Below are positions 19,060-28,142 of a stretch of DNA of 59,478 nt, piece after piece. This DNA comes from an uncultured Solibacteraceae bacterium (GTDB lineage: Bacteria > Acidobacteriota > Terriglobia > Bryobacterales > Bryobacteraceae). Both the position numbers and the translations under genes were made by a program. The notes beneath the pieces were generated by a model, which worked only from the letters and a program-made list of their open reading frames with translations, did no database searches and was not told where the DNA came from. Within the stretch, counting starts at the first letter, position 1; the number at the start of each line of letters is the position of its first letter. The stretch covers positions 19,650 to 79,127 of the forward strand of contig CAZUAX010000002.1 in assembly GCA_964618435.1 (NCBI GenBank), written 5' to 3'.

Positions 19060-20448
19060 ATGTACTCGCCAAGCGCCATCCGCAAGGAATTGCCACCCAT
19101 GACCATGCTGGCACTGCCGGTGGTGTTTGCCGAGCTGGGATGGATGGCAATGACGGTGGTGGACACCATGATGGTAGGCCGCCTGAGTGCCGAAGCCATT
19201 GGTGCGGTTAGTTTTGGTGCCCTGTTTGTAAATGTGCTCACCTTCTTTAGCCTGGGGCTGCTGTTGGGGTTGGATACGCTCATCAGCCAAGCCTTCGGCG
19301 CAAACAACCTGAAGCGCTGTAATCACTGCCTGATTCAAGGCATTTGGATTGCCCTGGCCCTTACGCCGTTGGTGACCATCATTGCTTTCGCACTACTGCC
19401 AGTGGCACGCAATTGGGGCGCGGACCCGCGGGTGGTGGCCGACGCCATCCCGTACTTGAAGACTCTGGTGTGGAGCACTTTGCCGCTGTTGCTCTATGTG
19501 GTTTTCCGTCGCTACCTGCAGTCAATGAACCATGTAGGGCCCGTGATGTTCGCGCTGGTATCCGCAAACCTGGTGAACGTGCTGGTGAACTGGCTGCTGG
19601 TATTCGGCAACCTGGGCTTTCCTTCCCTTGGGGTGGAGGGCGCAGGATGGGCCACGTTCTTTTCCCGCATCTACATGTTTGCGGTGCTGGTCGTCTTCGT
19701 TTGGATTAAGGAGCGCGCCAATTCGACTGGCCTCTCGCGGGCATCGCGGCGATTCGATTGGCCAGTGGTTCGGGAACTTGTGGTGCTTGGCTTCCCTGTG
19801 GCCATGCAAATTACAGCTGAGTACGGCGTGTTTGCCTTGGCCACCGCACTGATTGCGCGCCTTGACGCGCTGTCGCTGGCGGCTCACCAGATTGCGCTGA
19901 ATGTGGCGAGCGTGACGTTTATGGTGCCACTGGGCGTGAGTTCCGCGGGAGCGGTGCGGGTAGGGCAGGCAGTGGGGCGGCGGGACGCACCCGGCGTGGT
20001 GGTTTCCGGCTGGGCGGCCATGCTGTTGGGCACCGCCTTCATGCTGTGCGCGGGGGTGATTCTGTTCTTGTTTCCTGAAGTGGTGTTGCGTATTTTCACC
20101 ACCGACCGGAGCGTATTTGAGCTAGGCGTCTCGCTGCTCTATCTGGCCGCTGCCTTCCAGTTTTTCGACGGCATTCAGGTAACAGCAGGAGGCGTGCTGC
20201 GCGGGATTGGGGACACCCGCACACCCATGTACTGTAACTTGGTAGGGCACTGGCTGCTGGGCCTTCCCGTGGGTTACCTGCTGTGCTTTCGGATGGGCTG
20301 GGATGCTGTCGGCATCTGGGTTGGCCTTTCGTTGGGATTGGTTTCCGTAGCGATTGCGCTGCTGCTGACATGGCGCAAGCGAAGCCGCCATATGGATGCC
20401 ATCGTTGCCAAAGCAACAGCCAGCATGCGCGGCGTGTCAACATCCTAA
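19060..20448 (+). CDS. MATE family efflux transporter
   Basis: 462 aa with 12 predicted TM segments. MATE-like N-terminus LALPVVFAELGWMAMTVVDTMMVGRLS. The second-half repeat contains GVLRGIGDTRTPM. Confidence 0.85.
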   Translation: MYSPSAIRKELPPMTMLALPVVFAELGWMAMTVVDTMMVGRLSAEAIGAVSFGALFVNVLTFFSLGLLLGLDTLISQAFGANNLKRCNHCLIQGIWIALALTPLVTIIAFALLPVARNWGADPRVVADAIPYLKTLVWSTLPLLLYVVFRRYLQSMNHVGPVMFALVSANLVNVLVNWLLVFGNLGFPSLGVEGAGWATFFSRIYMFAVLVVFVWIKERANSTGLSRASRRFDWPVVRELVVLGFPVAMQITAEYGVFALATALIARLDALSLAAHQIALNVASVTFMVPLGVSSAGAVRVGQAVGRRDAPGVVVSGWAAMLLGTAFMLCAGVILFLFPEVVLRIFTTDRSVFELGVSLLYLAAAFQFFDGIQVTAGGVLRGIGDTRTPMYCNLVGHWLLGLPVGYLLCFRMGWDAVGIWVGLSLGLVSVAIALLLTWRKRSRHMDAIVAKATASMRGVSTS

Positions 20449-20885
20449 GGTCTTCTCTTCAGACGTTTCACCATGCGCAACTCGTTTTTCTCCCCAGGCA
20501 CGATGTGGTAAACCACCTCATCCATAATGCGGCGAATGAGTCCCATCCCAAGCCCGCCGGACGCACGCTCTCTCACCAGCTGGCGCGGATCCTTTGGCTC
20601 GATGATGGAAGGGTCAAACCCCTTTCCCTGATCCACCACCTCAAAGCGAATGGCGTCTTCGTCCAGAACGGCACGGACCATCACCTGTTTGGTGGCATCA
20701 TGGCTATAAGCGTGCTCAATTACATTGGCGCAGGCTTCGTCCACCGCCACCGCAAGCAGCAGGCTCTCCTCTTCGGTGAGCAGGGCGCGATAGGCAATTT
20801 CACTCACAAAAGCGCGGATCATCGCCAGATTTTCGCTGGACGAAGGCACCTGCAGCGCGAAGGACTGCTCAAAGGTTTGACGCAT
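20445..20885 (-). CDS. anti-sigma regulatory factor-type Ser/Thr kinase (RsbW/SpoIIAB-like GHKL ATPase)
   Basis: 146 aa with N-box EACANVIEHAY and G-box SGGLGMGLIRR. It overlaps the STAS gene by 17 nt. Confidence 0.8.
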   Translation of the reverse strand: MRQTFEQSFALQVPSSSENLAMIRAFVSEIAYRALLTEEESLLLAVAVDEACANVIEHAYSHDATKQVMVRAVLDEDAIRFEVVDQGKGFDPSIIEPKDPRQLVRERASGGLGMGLIRRIMDEVVYHIVPGEKNELRMVKRLKRRP

Positions 20886-21246
20886 TGCCTTCCTCCTTTG
20901 GGTGGAAACTTGCTACAGCGTCGGCTGCCGTGTCGAAGAGTTGAAAAATCTCCGTGAAGCCGAGGATGTCAAAGACCTGCCGCACCTTTGGCAGCAACCC
21001 TCCAATACGGATGTCGCCGTCCTTTTCGCGAAGCTCCTCGATGAAGCTCATAAAGACGCCCAGTCCAGCGGAGGAGATATAGTTGAGCTTTTCGCAATCC
21101 ACCGTAATGCGCACGCATCCGCCAGCCACTTTCCGTTGGATGGCGCTTTCAAACTCAGCCGCGGTATGCGCATCAAGGTATCCGTGCAATTGCAGCACCG
21201 CCACGTCGCCGTGCTGCTGGTCTGTGATCTGAAACATTTCTGGCAC
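20869..21246 (-). CDS. STAS domain anti-sigma factor antagonist (RsbV/SpoIIAA-like)
   Basis: 125 aa with the conserved phospho-serine context KLNYISSAGLGVFM. GTG start at 21246, preceded by GGAGGG. An alternative ATG lies at 21237. Confidence 0.8.
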   Translation of the reverse strand: MPEMFQITDQQHGDVAVLQLHGYLDAHTAAEFESAIQRKVAGGCVRITVDCEKLNYISSAGLGVFMSFIEELREKDGDIRIGGLLPKVRQVFDILGFTEIFQLFDTAADAVASFHPKEEGNASNL

Positions 21247-21276
21247 TCGCCTTCCCTCCTCTGGGCTTCTGCTACT

Positions 21277-23697
21277 TCATCCACTCGCTCCGCCGACAAC
21301 CTTCAACACCATGATGGTGATGTCGTCGTGGACTGCAACCCCGGCCTGAAAGTCTTGGATCGCCGCAAGGACACGATCCCGTATGGACTCCGCAGGCTCA
21401 TGCGCCGCCAAGGAAACCACCTCTGCGAATCTGTCTTCGCCAAACTCGTCGCGATTCCGATTCATCGCTTCCGTGACGCCATCCGAGTAAAGCACCACCA
21501 CATCCCCAAGGGCAAGGCGGACCTGCGCAGTGCTCAGCCGAAGGCAGAATACGCCAGTTGGGGCAAGCCCCAGCCCCATTCCATTCGACGAAAGGAACTC
21601 CACGCCGCCGTCTGCACGAACGTGCAATAAGGGAGGATGCCCCGCACGCAAAACCTCCAGTTTACGGCTGACGGGGTCTAGCGCGGCAAGCATCATCGTG
21701 ACAAAACTGCGCCGCTCGATCACGCGATAGATCCGTTCGTTCAGTGTGGTCACCATAGCTAGCAGGTCCGCGCGTTCCGCCGCCGCGGCGGTCAGCAAAC
21801 CCTTCACCATCGTCATGTAGAGTGCCGCGGAAACCCCCTTGCCGGAGACGTCCGCCACGCAAAGGGCCCACCGTGAATCGGAAATACGAATGTAATCGTA
21901 GAGATCACCGCCCACCTGTTGGGCTGGGACACAGACGGAAGAGATTTCAAAGCCGGGCAGCGATGGCGGATGATTGGGCAACATGCGTTGCTGGGCCTGC
22001 TGGGCGAGGGCGAACTCGCCAACCAGGCGCTCACGCCGCGTCACCAGCCTCCGTTCGCTTTCCCGCTTCAAGGCTTCGTACTCCTCTTCGGAAAGCCGTT
22101 GTTCCTCACGACGGTTCGGGTTTCGCGCATCCAAAAACAAGATGACGGCAAAGAACAATCCGCCACCGGCCAGCATGGCCACACCCCAAGCCTGCACTGC
22201 GGGTTCACCGCGCTCAAAGAAGACAAATGCGCGGCCTAAAGGCTCGGAGAGAATTCCCCCCAGAACGGCCGCAAGCACCCCGAAACGCCGGTAGGCATAC
22301 ACCAACAGCAATCCATGGAGAAATGCCTCCAGAAGCAGCAGCGAGATGGGGAACTCCACGCTGGCCGACAGCACACAACCCATGGAAGCTATCAATGCGC
22401 AAACCATCGCCTGAAGGTTTCGGTTGCTCAGGGTGGCTCGCACCCAAGGAATCCCAAAGGTCACCACCGTGATGATGGCCAGGCTACGGCCCGCATAGAT
22501 TCCATCAAGCGGCGGAAGTCCAATAGCGATGGAACTTAAGGTGAGTGATTCGGCAAATCCTTCCTCGGAGACCAGGAGAATCGCGTAGGTAATGCCAAGC
22601 CAAAGAGGGGACACCAAAAATGCCGCCAGAAACGAACGGGTGACAGACGCCTTGTTCCATCGCAAGCGCAGAAAGTCTTCCAGCCCCAACCAGCGTCGAA
22701 AATCAGCAGAAACACGAGTTGCCCTCCCCGCCGACACGATGGCGACCGCTAGTCCCAGGACAATCAGAGCGCCGATCAACTGCGTGAGTGCGCTGGGAAG
22801 ATCGTCAAACAGCGCGATGCTCAACGCGGCACGCCGGGACCCGCCAACGTAGTCGATGACCAGGACACCACTAAGCAGCACAAAAATGCGGGCAACAAAC
22901 GACCATGGCAACCGTGCCTGATATAGGTTCAGAACCATCAGCGCGGCTGCGTACAGGGCTGCAAGCAGTCCGACGCCCACCACTGAGATGACGACTACCT
23001 CGAAGGTACGCTCTATCTCGCTCTCCTGCTGCAGCAGAGGCTCCAGCGAAACGGGAGTAAGGCTGAACCGCAGAATGGCGCCGCTTCGGATGAGGTAACT
23101 CAGCTTCCAGGCGAGCCTGCCGGAAGGGTCTGGTTGTGAGGTCCACTCAAAAAGATATCCTTCCCGTTCCGGCACACCGTCAGCCGTCACGCGAAACCCA
23201 AAATCGGTGGTATCCGCATAATAAGGACGCTGATTCCAGAAGGCTGCGTAAGCCTGCAAGGCAAGGACGCGGGCCAGCGAACGTTCTGGATCGTTGCCCA
23301 CGAACGCGCCTTCATCCTGCGCCTGGGACGCCTGGACACGAAACTCTACCAATTGACCATTCAGATCTACAACGGTCGAATAGCGAACCCGGTCACGCGA
23401 AAGGAAGTCCACCAGAAAAGCCGATGGGTGACGCAGTTGCCAGGCTGGACTCACCAAGCCTGCCTCAAAGGCAAGACGCAGGACCCTCTCCCTTTCCGCG
23501 CGAACCACCTTGGGAGAGCCCTTCAGGTTGTAGCCAAAGGAAGCGGCTCCCTGCTCGGCGAGACTCACAACTGTGGCGGAAGATGGCACGGGACTGCGGG
23601 CGGGAAAGGGCTCGCGCCCAGGAGCATTGCGAATCACCAGAGCGAAAGAAAGCACGGCGAGTAGGGAAATCAGTATCCATTCCGCGCGACGGATCAT
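21277..23697 (-). CDS. membrane-bound SpoIIE/PP2C family protein phosphatase (catalytic motifs intact)
   Basis: 806 aa. It has an N-terminal TM, a ~210-aa extracytoplasmic region and a block of ~9-10 hydrophobic helices. The C-terminal PPM domain has VGGDLYDY, ADVSGKGVSAALYM, LYSDGVTEA and HDDITIMVLK. Confidence 0.85.
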   Translation of the reverse strand: MIRRAEWILISLLAVLSFALVIRNAPGREPFPARSPVPSSATVVSLAEQGAASFGYNLKGSPKVVRAERERVLRLAFEAGLVSPAWQLRHPSAFLVDFLSRDRVRYSTVVDLNGQLVEFRVQASQAQDEGAFVGNDPERSLARVLALQAYAAFWNQRPYYADTTDFGFRVTADGVPEREGYLFEWTSQPDPSGRLAWKLSYLIRSGAILRFSLTPVSLEPLLQQESEIERTFEVVVISVVGVGLLAALYAAALMVLNLYQARLPWSFVARIFVLLSGVLVIDYVGGSRRAALSIALFDDLPSALTQLIGALIVLGLAVAIVSAGRATRVSADFRRWLGLEDFLRLRWNKASVTRSFLAAFLVSPLWLGITYAILLVSEEGFAESLTLSSIAIGLPPLDGIYAGRSLAIITVVTFGIPWVRATLSNRNLQAMVCALIASMGCVLSASVEFPISLLLLEAFLHGLLLVYAYRRFGVLAAVLGGILSEPLGRAFVFFERGEPAVQAWGVAMLAGGGLFFAVILFLDARNPNRREEQRLSEEEYEALKRESERRLVTRRERLVGEFALAQQAQQRMLPNHPPSLPGFEISSVCVPAQQVGGDLYDYIRISDSRWALCVADVSGKGVSAALYMTMVKGLLTAAAAERADLLAMVTTLNERIYRVIERRSFVTMMLAALDPVSRKLEVLRAGHPPLLHVRADGGVEFLSSNGMGLGLAPTGVFCLRLSTAQVRLALGDVVVLYSDGVTEAMNRNRDEFGEDRFAEVVSLAAHEPAESIRDRVLAAIQDFQAGVAVHDDITIMVLKVVGGASG

Positions 23698-26270
23698 GCG
23701 TTACGCTCCCCGCCCGCGGATTGGAAATCCGGACTCCCGGATTCCTCGCCGGAATCACTTCGCTTGAAGCGCGCTACCAGGAGGGTCAAGTCCTCTTGTG
23801 GAGCCGGCTGCGCCCACGCACGGTTGCGGGGAGATGCTGCGCCGGCAAGACGCTGCAGAACAGATGATGCGTGCAGTGAGGCGAAGTGTTGCCACTGCTG
23901 GCGGAGCCATTCCCGCACGTCGAAGATTCCGGCTAGATTCAGCCCGCTCGAAAATCCGCATGTGTACAGCAGCAGCGTCGTGTTCTCATCGAGCGCCACC
24001 ACACCATGAGAAAGGTTAACCGTGCGACCCGCGCGGAGTGTGCGGGTTGCTACCAGTTCCGCGCTTCCGCCCCCTCGCACGGACGGCAGCTGTGCGGGAC
24101 GCTCACGAACCGTGATGAGCTCCGGAAAGCCCTGGGTGCGGGAGTAGGCAGCAGTTCTCTGCTCGGAATCCAGGACCACATAACAGAGTTCCGGGAAGCG
24201 GTCCGACGGCTCCAGTACAGCAGTGAGTGCTTCCATGAGATCCGCGAGAATTTCCTGGGCTGAAGTCGATTTCTGTGCGTGCTCCAGAAGATAACCCTTG
24301 GCGAAGGCAATCACCATTGCATCCAGAAGTCCTCGCCCCGCACCGCTAATCAGGAAGATGCCGGCACGCTGCCGGTCCATGGGATAGCAGTCAAAATAGT
24401 CGCCGCTAACTGCGCGCGCTGGCTTGCACTCCGCCGCCAGGGAGAATCCTTCGATATCGGGCAGGGATCTCAGCATCAACTGTTGCTGCGCCAGCGCAGC
24501 CGTGGAGATCTGCTGGCTTAGCATCTGGCGTTCGGCAAGGGCGCGGGCATAGGCAGGGCGCACTTCCTCGTCAGCAAACTCCCGACCCCATCGCAGCAGG
24601 AAAAGTGAGGCAACCACAGTAGTTGCCACCACACCGTGCATCAGCCACTGGATGTCATCCGGCAGAGACGTAAGCAGTTGCGCGTCGGTGAGCATCGTAA
24701 GGTACCCGCCCAAGACAAGACACACATACGCGGTAAGCAGATCTACGGCAACAATCAGCCATAAAAGCAAGGCCGCCTCGGCGGTGATCGTCAGCAGCAG
24801 ACTTGCAAGCGAAGCGTAAGCCCCGTGGAGGATCGCGAGGTTCACAAAGCTCATGGCGCCCAGCAACAGCCAAGCAAGCCAGCGCACACGCTGAAAACGC
24901 GCAACCACGCTCAGCGGAGCCAGATAGCCGAAGAGCATGATCATACCCACACCAACCGGCATCATCAGAAACACGTAGAGAAATGGGACATTCGAGACCA
25001 CCAATTGATACATGGAGGTCATCGAACCCGGCTCTTCTATGCCGCCTTCGAGCCAAAGATTCACGGCTACCTGGAGTGCAAAGAGCCAGCATGCGGAGGC
25101 AAAACCCAGCAGGAATGCTCGCGCCACATTTCTCGACAGCAAACGGCCAGTAAGCAGGGCATCGAAGCTGGTAAGGGACCGCGGGAACTGCTCACGAACG
25201 TCTCCTTCGCAGGAGGCATAACAGGCTCCTCCCAGGAATGCCAGCAAGCCCAACATGATCAGGGCAAAGACCTGTGCAAAAACGGAGTCCGAGCCATTGA
25301 ATGTCAGCCCTAGCAGCACCTGTGCGTCGCCGGCAAGAAAAATGGTGCCCATGATTGCAACAAGATAGGAGCCCACCACCAATGCGCGGCCATGCGAAAC
25401 TTCCTTTTCGGCAGCACGCTGCAGGTAGCGAATGAGCATATAGAAAACAAGGGCCATGAAATAAAGGGGCGTGATGGAGATGAGGGCGGCACGCACGGCA
25501 TGAGACGGACCGGTGGAGGCAGCCGTAGCATCATCGACATCCCCAAGAACCTCCTGGAAAAAGAGTTGATCTCCTTCAACACCAAAGCGAAGTTGGAAGG
25601 ATAGCTCCCGCGCCTTCAAGTAGGTAGCCGTCCACTCCACCCGGAATTGTGGCTGCCCTGTGTCCGACGTCTGTTCGTATACACGGGCCTCAGAAAGCTG
25701 ATAATGATCCGGAAAACGGAGCGCCTCGATAAGCGCTTCACGGCCTCGTTCCAGTGCGCGTTCCCGAGCTTCCGTGGGACTGGGGGAAATCCCGCCGGGC
25801 AATACCGCACTGGGTAGCGGTGTGCTGGGGAGGAGAGTACCAGACGAGGCTATGGCGAAGCCCACCACGCGTCCATCCGGAGTAATGGTGACATTCTGGG
25901 GTTCCCGGTCATCTGGCGAGAAATCCAGCAGAAACAGAACCGGCCCCACCGGCAGTTCTGGTGTGCGGATTGCGGTATTCCTCTTGTGCGCCAACCAGTG
26001 AAGGTACGTCAACAGTTCGGAGTTCCGCTCGATGCGCAGCCGGGGACTACCGGAACCCGCAGTTACTCCTCGTGCATCCAGGAATTCCCTTGCAGTACGA
26101 ACCAGCGATTCGCGGCTAACGTCAATCCGAAAATCCGAAGACCGGTAATGGGAAAGTTTCCAATGAATCCCCAGAGCCAGGACCACTGGCGTGAGGAGCG
26201 CGAACGCAAACAGAAGCAAGCGGCGGAACCGCCCGGGGAAGCGAGAGAACTTGCGGATAGCTGCGTGCAT
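23694..26270 (-). CDS. membrane-bound SpoIIE/PP2C-like protein, predicted catalytically inactive paralogue
   Basis: 858 aa with the same architecture as the downstream 806-aa gene. Its PPM-like domain reads VSGDYFDC, FLISGAGRG (Ser in place of Asp), LLYTCGFSS (Cys in place of Asp) and QEDLTLLVAR. The stop overlaps the next gene's start (ATGA at 23694..23697). Confidence 0.8.
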   Translation of the reverse strand: MHAAIRKFSRFPGRFRRLLLFAFALLTPVVLALGIHWKLSHYRSSDFRIDVSRESLVRTAREFLDARGVTAGSGSPRLRIERNSELLTYLHWLAHKRNTAIRTPELPVGPVLFLLDFSPDDREPQNVTITPDGRVVGFAIASSGTLLPSTPLPSAVLPGGISPSPTEARERALERGREALIEALRFPDHYQLSEARVYEQTSDTGQPQFRVEWTATYLKARELSFQLRFGVEGDQLFFQEVLGDVDDATAASTGPSHAVRAALISITPLYFMALVFYMLIRYLQRAAEKEVSHGRALVVGSYLVAIMGTIFLAGDAQVLLGLTFNGSDSVFAQVFALIMLGLLAFLGGACYASCEGDVREQFPRSLTSFDALLTGRLLSRNVARAFLLGFASACWLFALQVAVNLWLEGGIEEPGSMTSMYQLVVSNVPFLYVFLMMPVGVGMIMLFGYLAPLSVVARFQRVRWLAWLLLGAMSFVNLAILHGAYASLASLLLTITAEAALLLWLIVAVDLLTAYVCLVLGGYLTMLTDAQLLTSLPDDIQWLMHGVVATTVVASLFLLRWGREFADEEVRPAYARALAERQMLSQQISTAALAQQQLMLRSLPDIEGFSLAAECKPARAVSGDYFDCYPMDRQRAGIFLISGAGRGLLDAMVIAFAKGYLLEHAQKSTSAQEILADLMEALTAVLEPSDRFPELCYVVLDSEQRTAAYSRTQGFPELITVRERPAQLPSVRGGGSAELVATRTLRAGRTVNLSHGVVALDENTTLLLYTCGFSSGLNLAGIFDVREWLRQQWQHFASLHASSVLQRLAGAASPRNRAWAQPAPQEDLTLLVARFKRSDSGEESGSPDFQSAGGERNA

Positions 26271-26338
26271 GGTGCATCGCCCACATCAGCGTCACCGCAT
26301 TGGAAAGCAACTACGTGCTGGTGACACAAAGGCTGCGG

Positions 26339-28060
26339 CTACTCACCGGAAGGGCGATCCGGATTGCGCTTGATCACCATCAAGGTAATGTCGTCGTGCT
26401 GCGGGGCATCTCCCACATGATACTCGATCGCCTCAAAGATCCCGTCGACAATCGTCTTCGCCGACTGGTGGCGGAGGCGTCGCACGGTGTCCCGCAACCG
26501 GTCGAGCCCATACTCCTCATCCTGTTCGTTCACCGCTTCGGAGGCGCCATCCGTATAGATCACAAGGATATCGCCCCGCTCAATCGAAACGTGGGACTGC
26601 TGCTGCGTGCTTCGTTTCATCATGCCCAGCGCCAAGCCAGGGCCGTCCAGCCATTCTTCGGCGTCCCCATTACGCAACAGCAAAGGATTGTTGTGCGCGC
26701 AGTTCACAAAATCCGCTTCGCCCGTGACTGGGTCAAGCAGCAGAAGAAAGGCAGTGGCGTAGCGATTACTCGGCGTACTGGCAAAAAGAAGTTCATTCGC
26801 CTCTCGGGTGATGGCTTCTAGTGTGGGCTCGTGATCAAGCAGTGCGCGCAGGGTGGCCTGCATATTGGCCATCAGCAGCGCTGAACTGATCCCCTTGCCG
26901 GCAACATCAGACACGACGTACAACACCTTGTCGCCCCCGTCACCGCGCAGCGCCATTCCATCAAAGTAGTCCCCACCCACTTGCCTTGCCTGACGGTTGC
27001 GGGCGGAAACGTCCCAACCCTCAGCAATCGGCATCTTCTTGGGAAACAGATCCTGTTGGATGCCGGCAGCAAGTGTCAGTTCGCGTTCAATTTCGCGAGA
27101 GGCCAAGGCCTCCTTGAAGAACCAGGCATTGTCGATGGCGCCTGCCGCCCGGCTAGCTAGAGTGAGCCCAAACTCGAGGTCCTCCTGGCTGTAAGGCTGG
27201 TTGCGCAAACGCAGCCCGCAGAGGACAAGGCCAATCGTCTGCTCATTGGACCGCAGAGGAATCAGCATGGAGCCGGGAGGCACACTCAAGTGGCGAAGCC
27301 AATCCAGATTCCCGTCATCGCCAAGAAGGATCGCTTCCCCGAGTTCCGGAAATCGCCCGGACAACGCTTCCACTTGGGCAAACGTGAAGCCGCGGGCGCG
27401 GAAAACATCCTCCTGCCCTTCGCGCCAGGTGCGGACGGCGTAGCGCGCGATGGCCCAGCGTCCAGCCAGGGTTAACGCAAGCAACTGCACAATCTCATCT
27501 ACCTCCAAGGTGGAGGTAAGCCCTCGCCCAAAATCGAGCAGCGCGCGCAGTTCCTGCAACCGTTGGTTCAGTTTCTCGTTCAGCCGCTGAGACTCTTGAT
27601 GAGCAAGCGCGCTGGAGATCACACTGGCGCCGATTCCCAGCAGCACACGCAGATAGGGTCTCTCAGGAGCAACGGCAGTTGCTCCTTCTCTCGTGGCTGG
27701 AATTCCCTCGTAGCCCCCCAGCGCAACATAGCCCAGGGGCTCCAACGAGTCGCCGATGGAAAGCAACATTGGCAAGCCAAAAGAATTCGCGGCTTCCGGA
27801 CGGAAGGGATCATTGGGATGCACACGATCCAAACCGCGCACGGCCGTCACCTGCGTGAAACCTGTGGAATAGCGTAGCGCTGCAAGCCCGCGCGTCGCTC
27901 CGCAGTGCTCCATCGCAATCGCCAGCAATCGGTCCCAGATCTCGGGGAGTTCCAGGGTGGCATTGAGTTGCTCTACCCCCTGAAGCAGTTGGCTAACCGG
28001 AGCACTGGGAATGGTGGCATCCGGGTTACGGTCGCCAAAAGTAGGAGCATCGTCCGCCAT
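26339..28060 (-). CDS. cytoplasmic GAF-domain SpoIIE/PP2C family protein phosphatase
   Basis: 573 aa with no TM segments. The N-terminal ~330 aa is GAF-like. The C-terminal PPM domain has VGGDYFDG, VSDVAGKGISSALLM, IYTDGASEA and HDDITLMVIK. Confidence 0.8.
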   Translation of the reverse strand: MADDAPTFGDRNPDATIPSAPVSQLLQGVEQLNATLELPEIWDRLLAIAMEHCGATRGLAALRYSTGFTQVTAVRGLDRVHPNDPFRPEAANSFGLPMLLSIGDSLEPLGYVALGGYEGIPATREGATAVAPERPYLRVLLGIGASVISSALAHQESQRLNEKLNQRLQELRALLDFGRGLTSTLEVDEIVQLLALTLAGRWAIARYAVRTWREGQEDVFRARGFTFAQVEALSGRFPELGEAILLGDDGNLDWLRHLSVPPGSMLIPLRSNEQTIGLVLCGLRLRNQPYSQEDLEFGLTLASRAAGAIDNAWFFKEALASREIERELTLAAGIQQDLFPKKMPIAEGWDVSARNRQARQVGGDYFDGMALRGDGGDKVLYVVSDVAGKGISSALLMANMQATLRALLDHEPTLEAITREANELLFASTPSNRYATAFLLLLDPVTGEADFVNCAHNNPLLLRNGDAEEWLDGPGLALGMMKRSTQQQSHVSIERGDILVIYTDGASEAVNEQDEEYGLDRLRDTVRRLRHQSAKTIVDGIFEAIEYHVGDAPQHDDITLMVIKRNPDRPSGE

Positions 28061-28142
28061 GAGGTAAAGTGCGCACCGCGTGGTCTTAGCTGTGCCAGAC
28101 TTTCATTGTCCCCGATTCTCAGCAAGTTCGCAGGAATGGTCG

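Noticed and set aside
18340-19338. A 332-aa minus-strand ORF spanning the plsC-like gene and the MATE gene start.
   Set aside because: It crosses an intergenic region and overlaps two plus-strand genes with clear motifs (HX4D, MATE repeats). There is no independent support.
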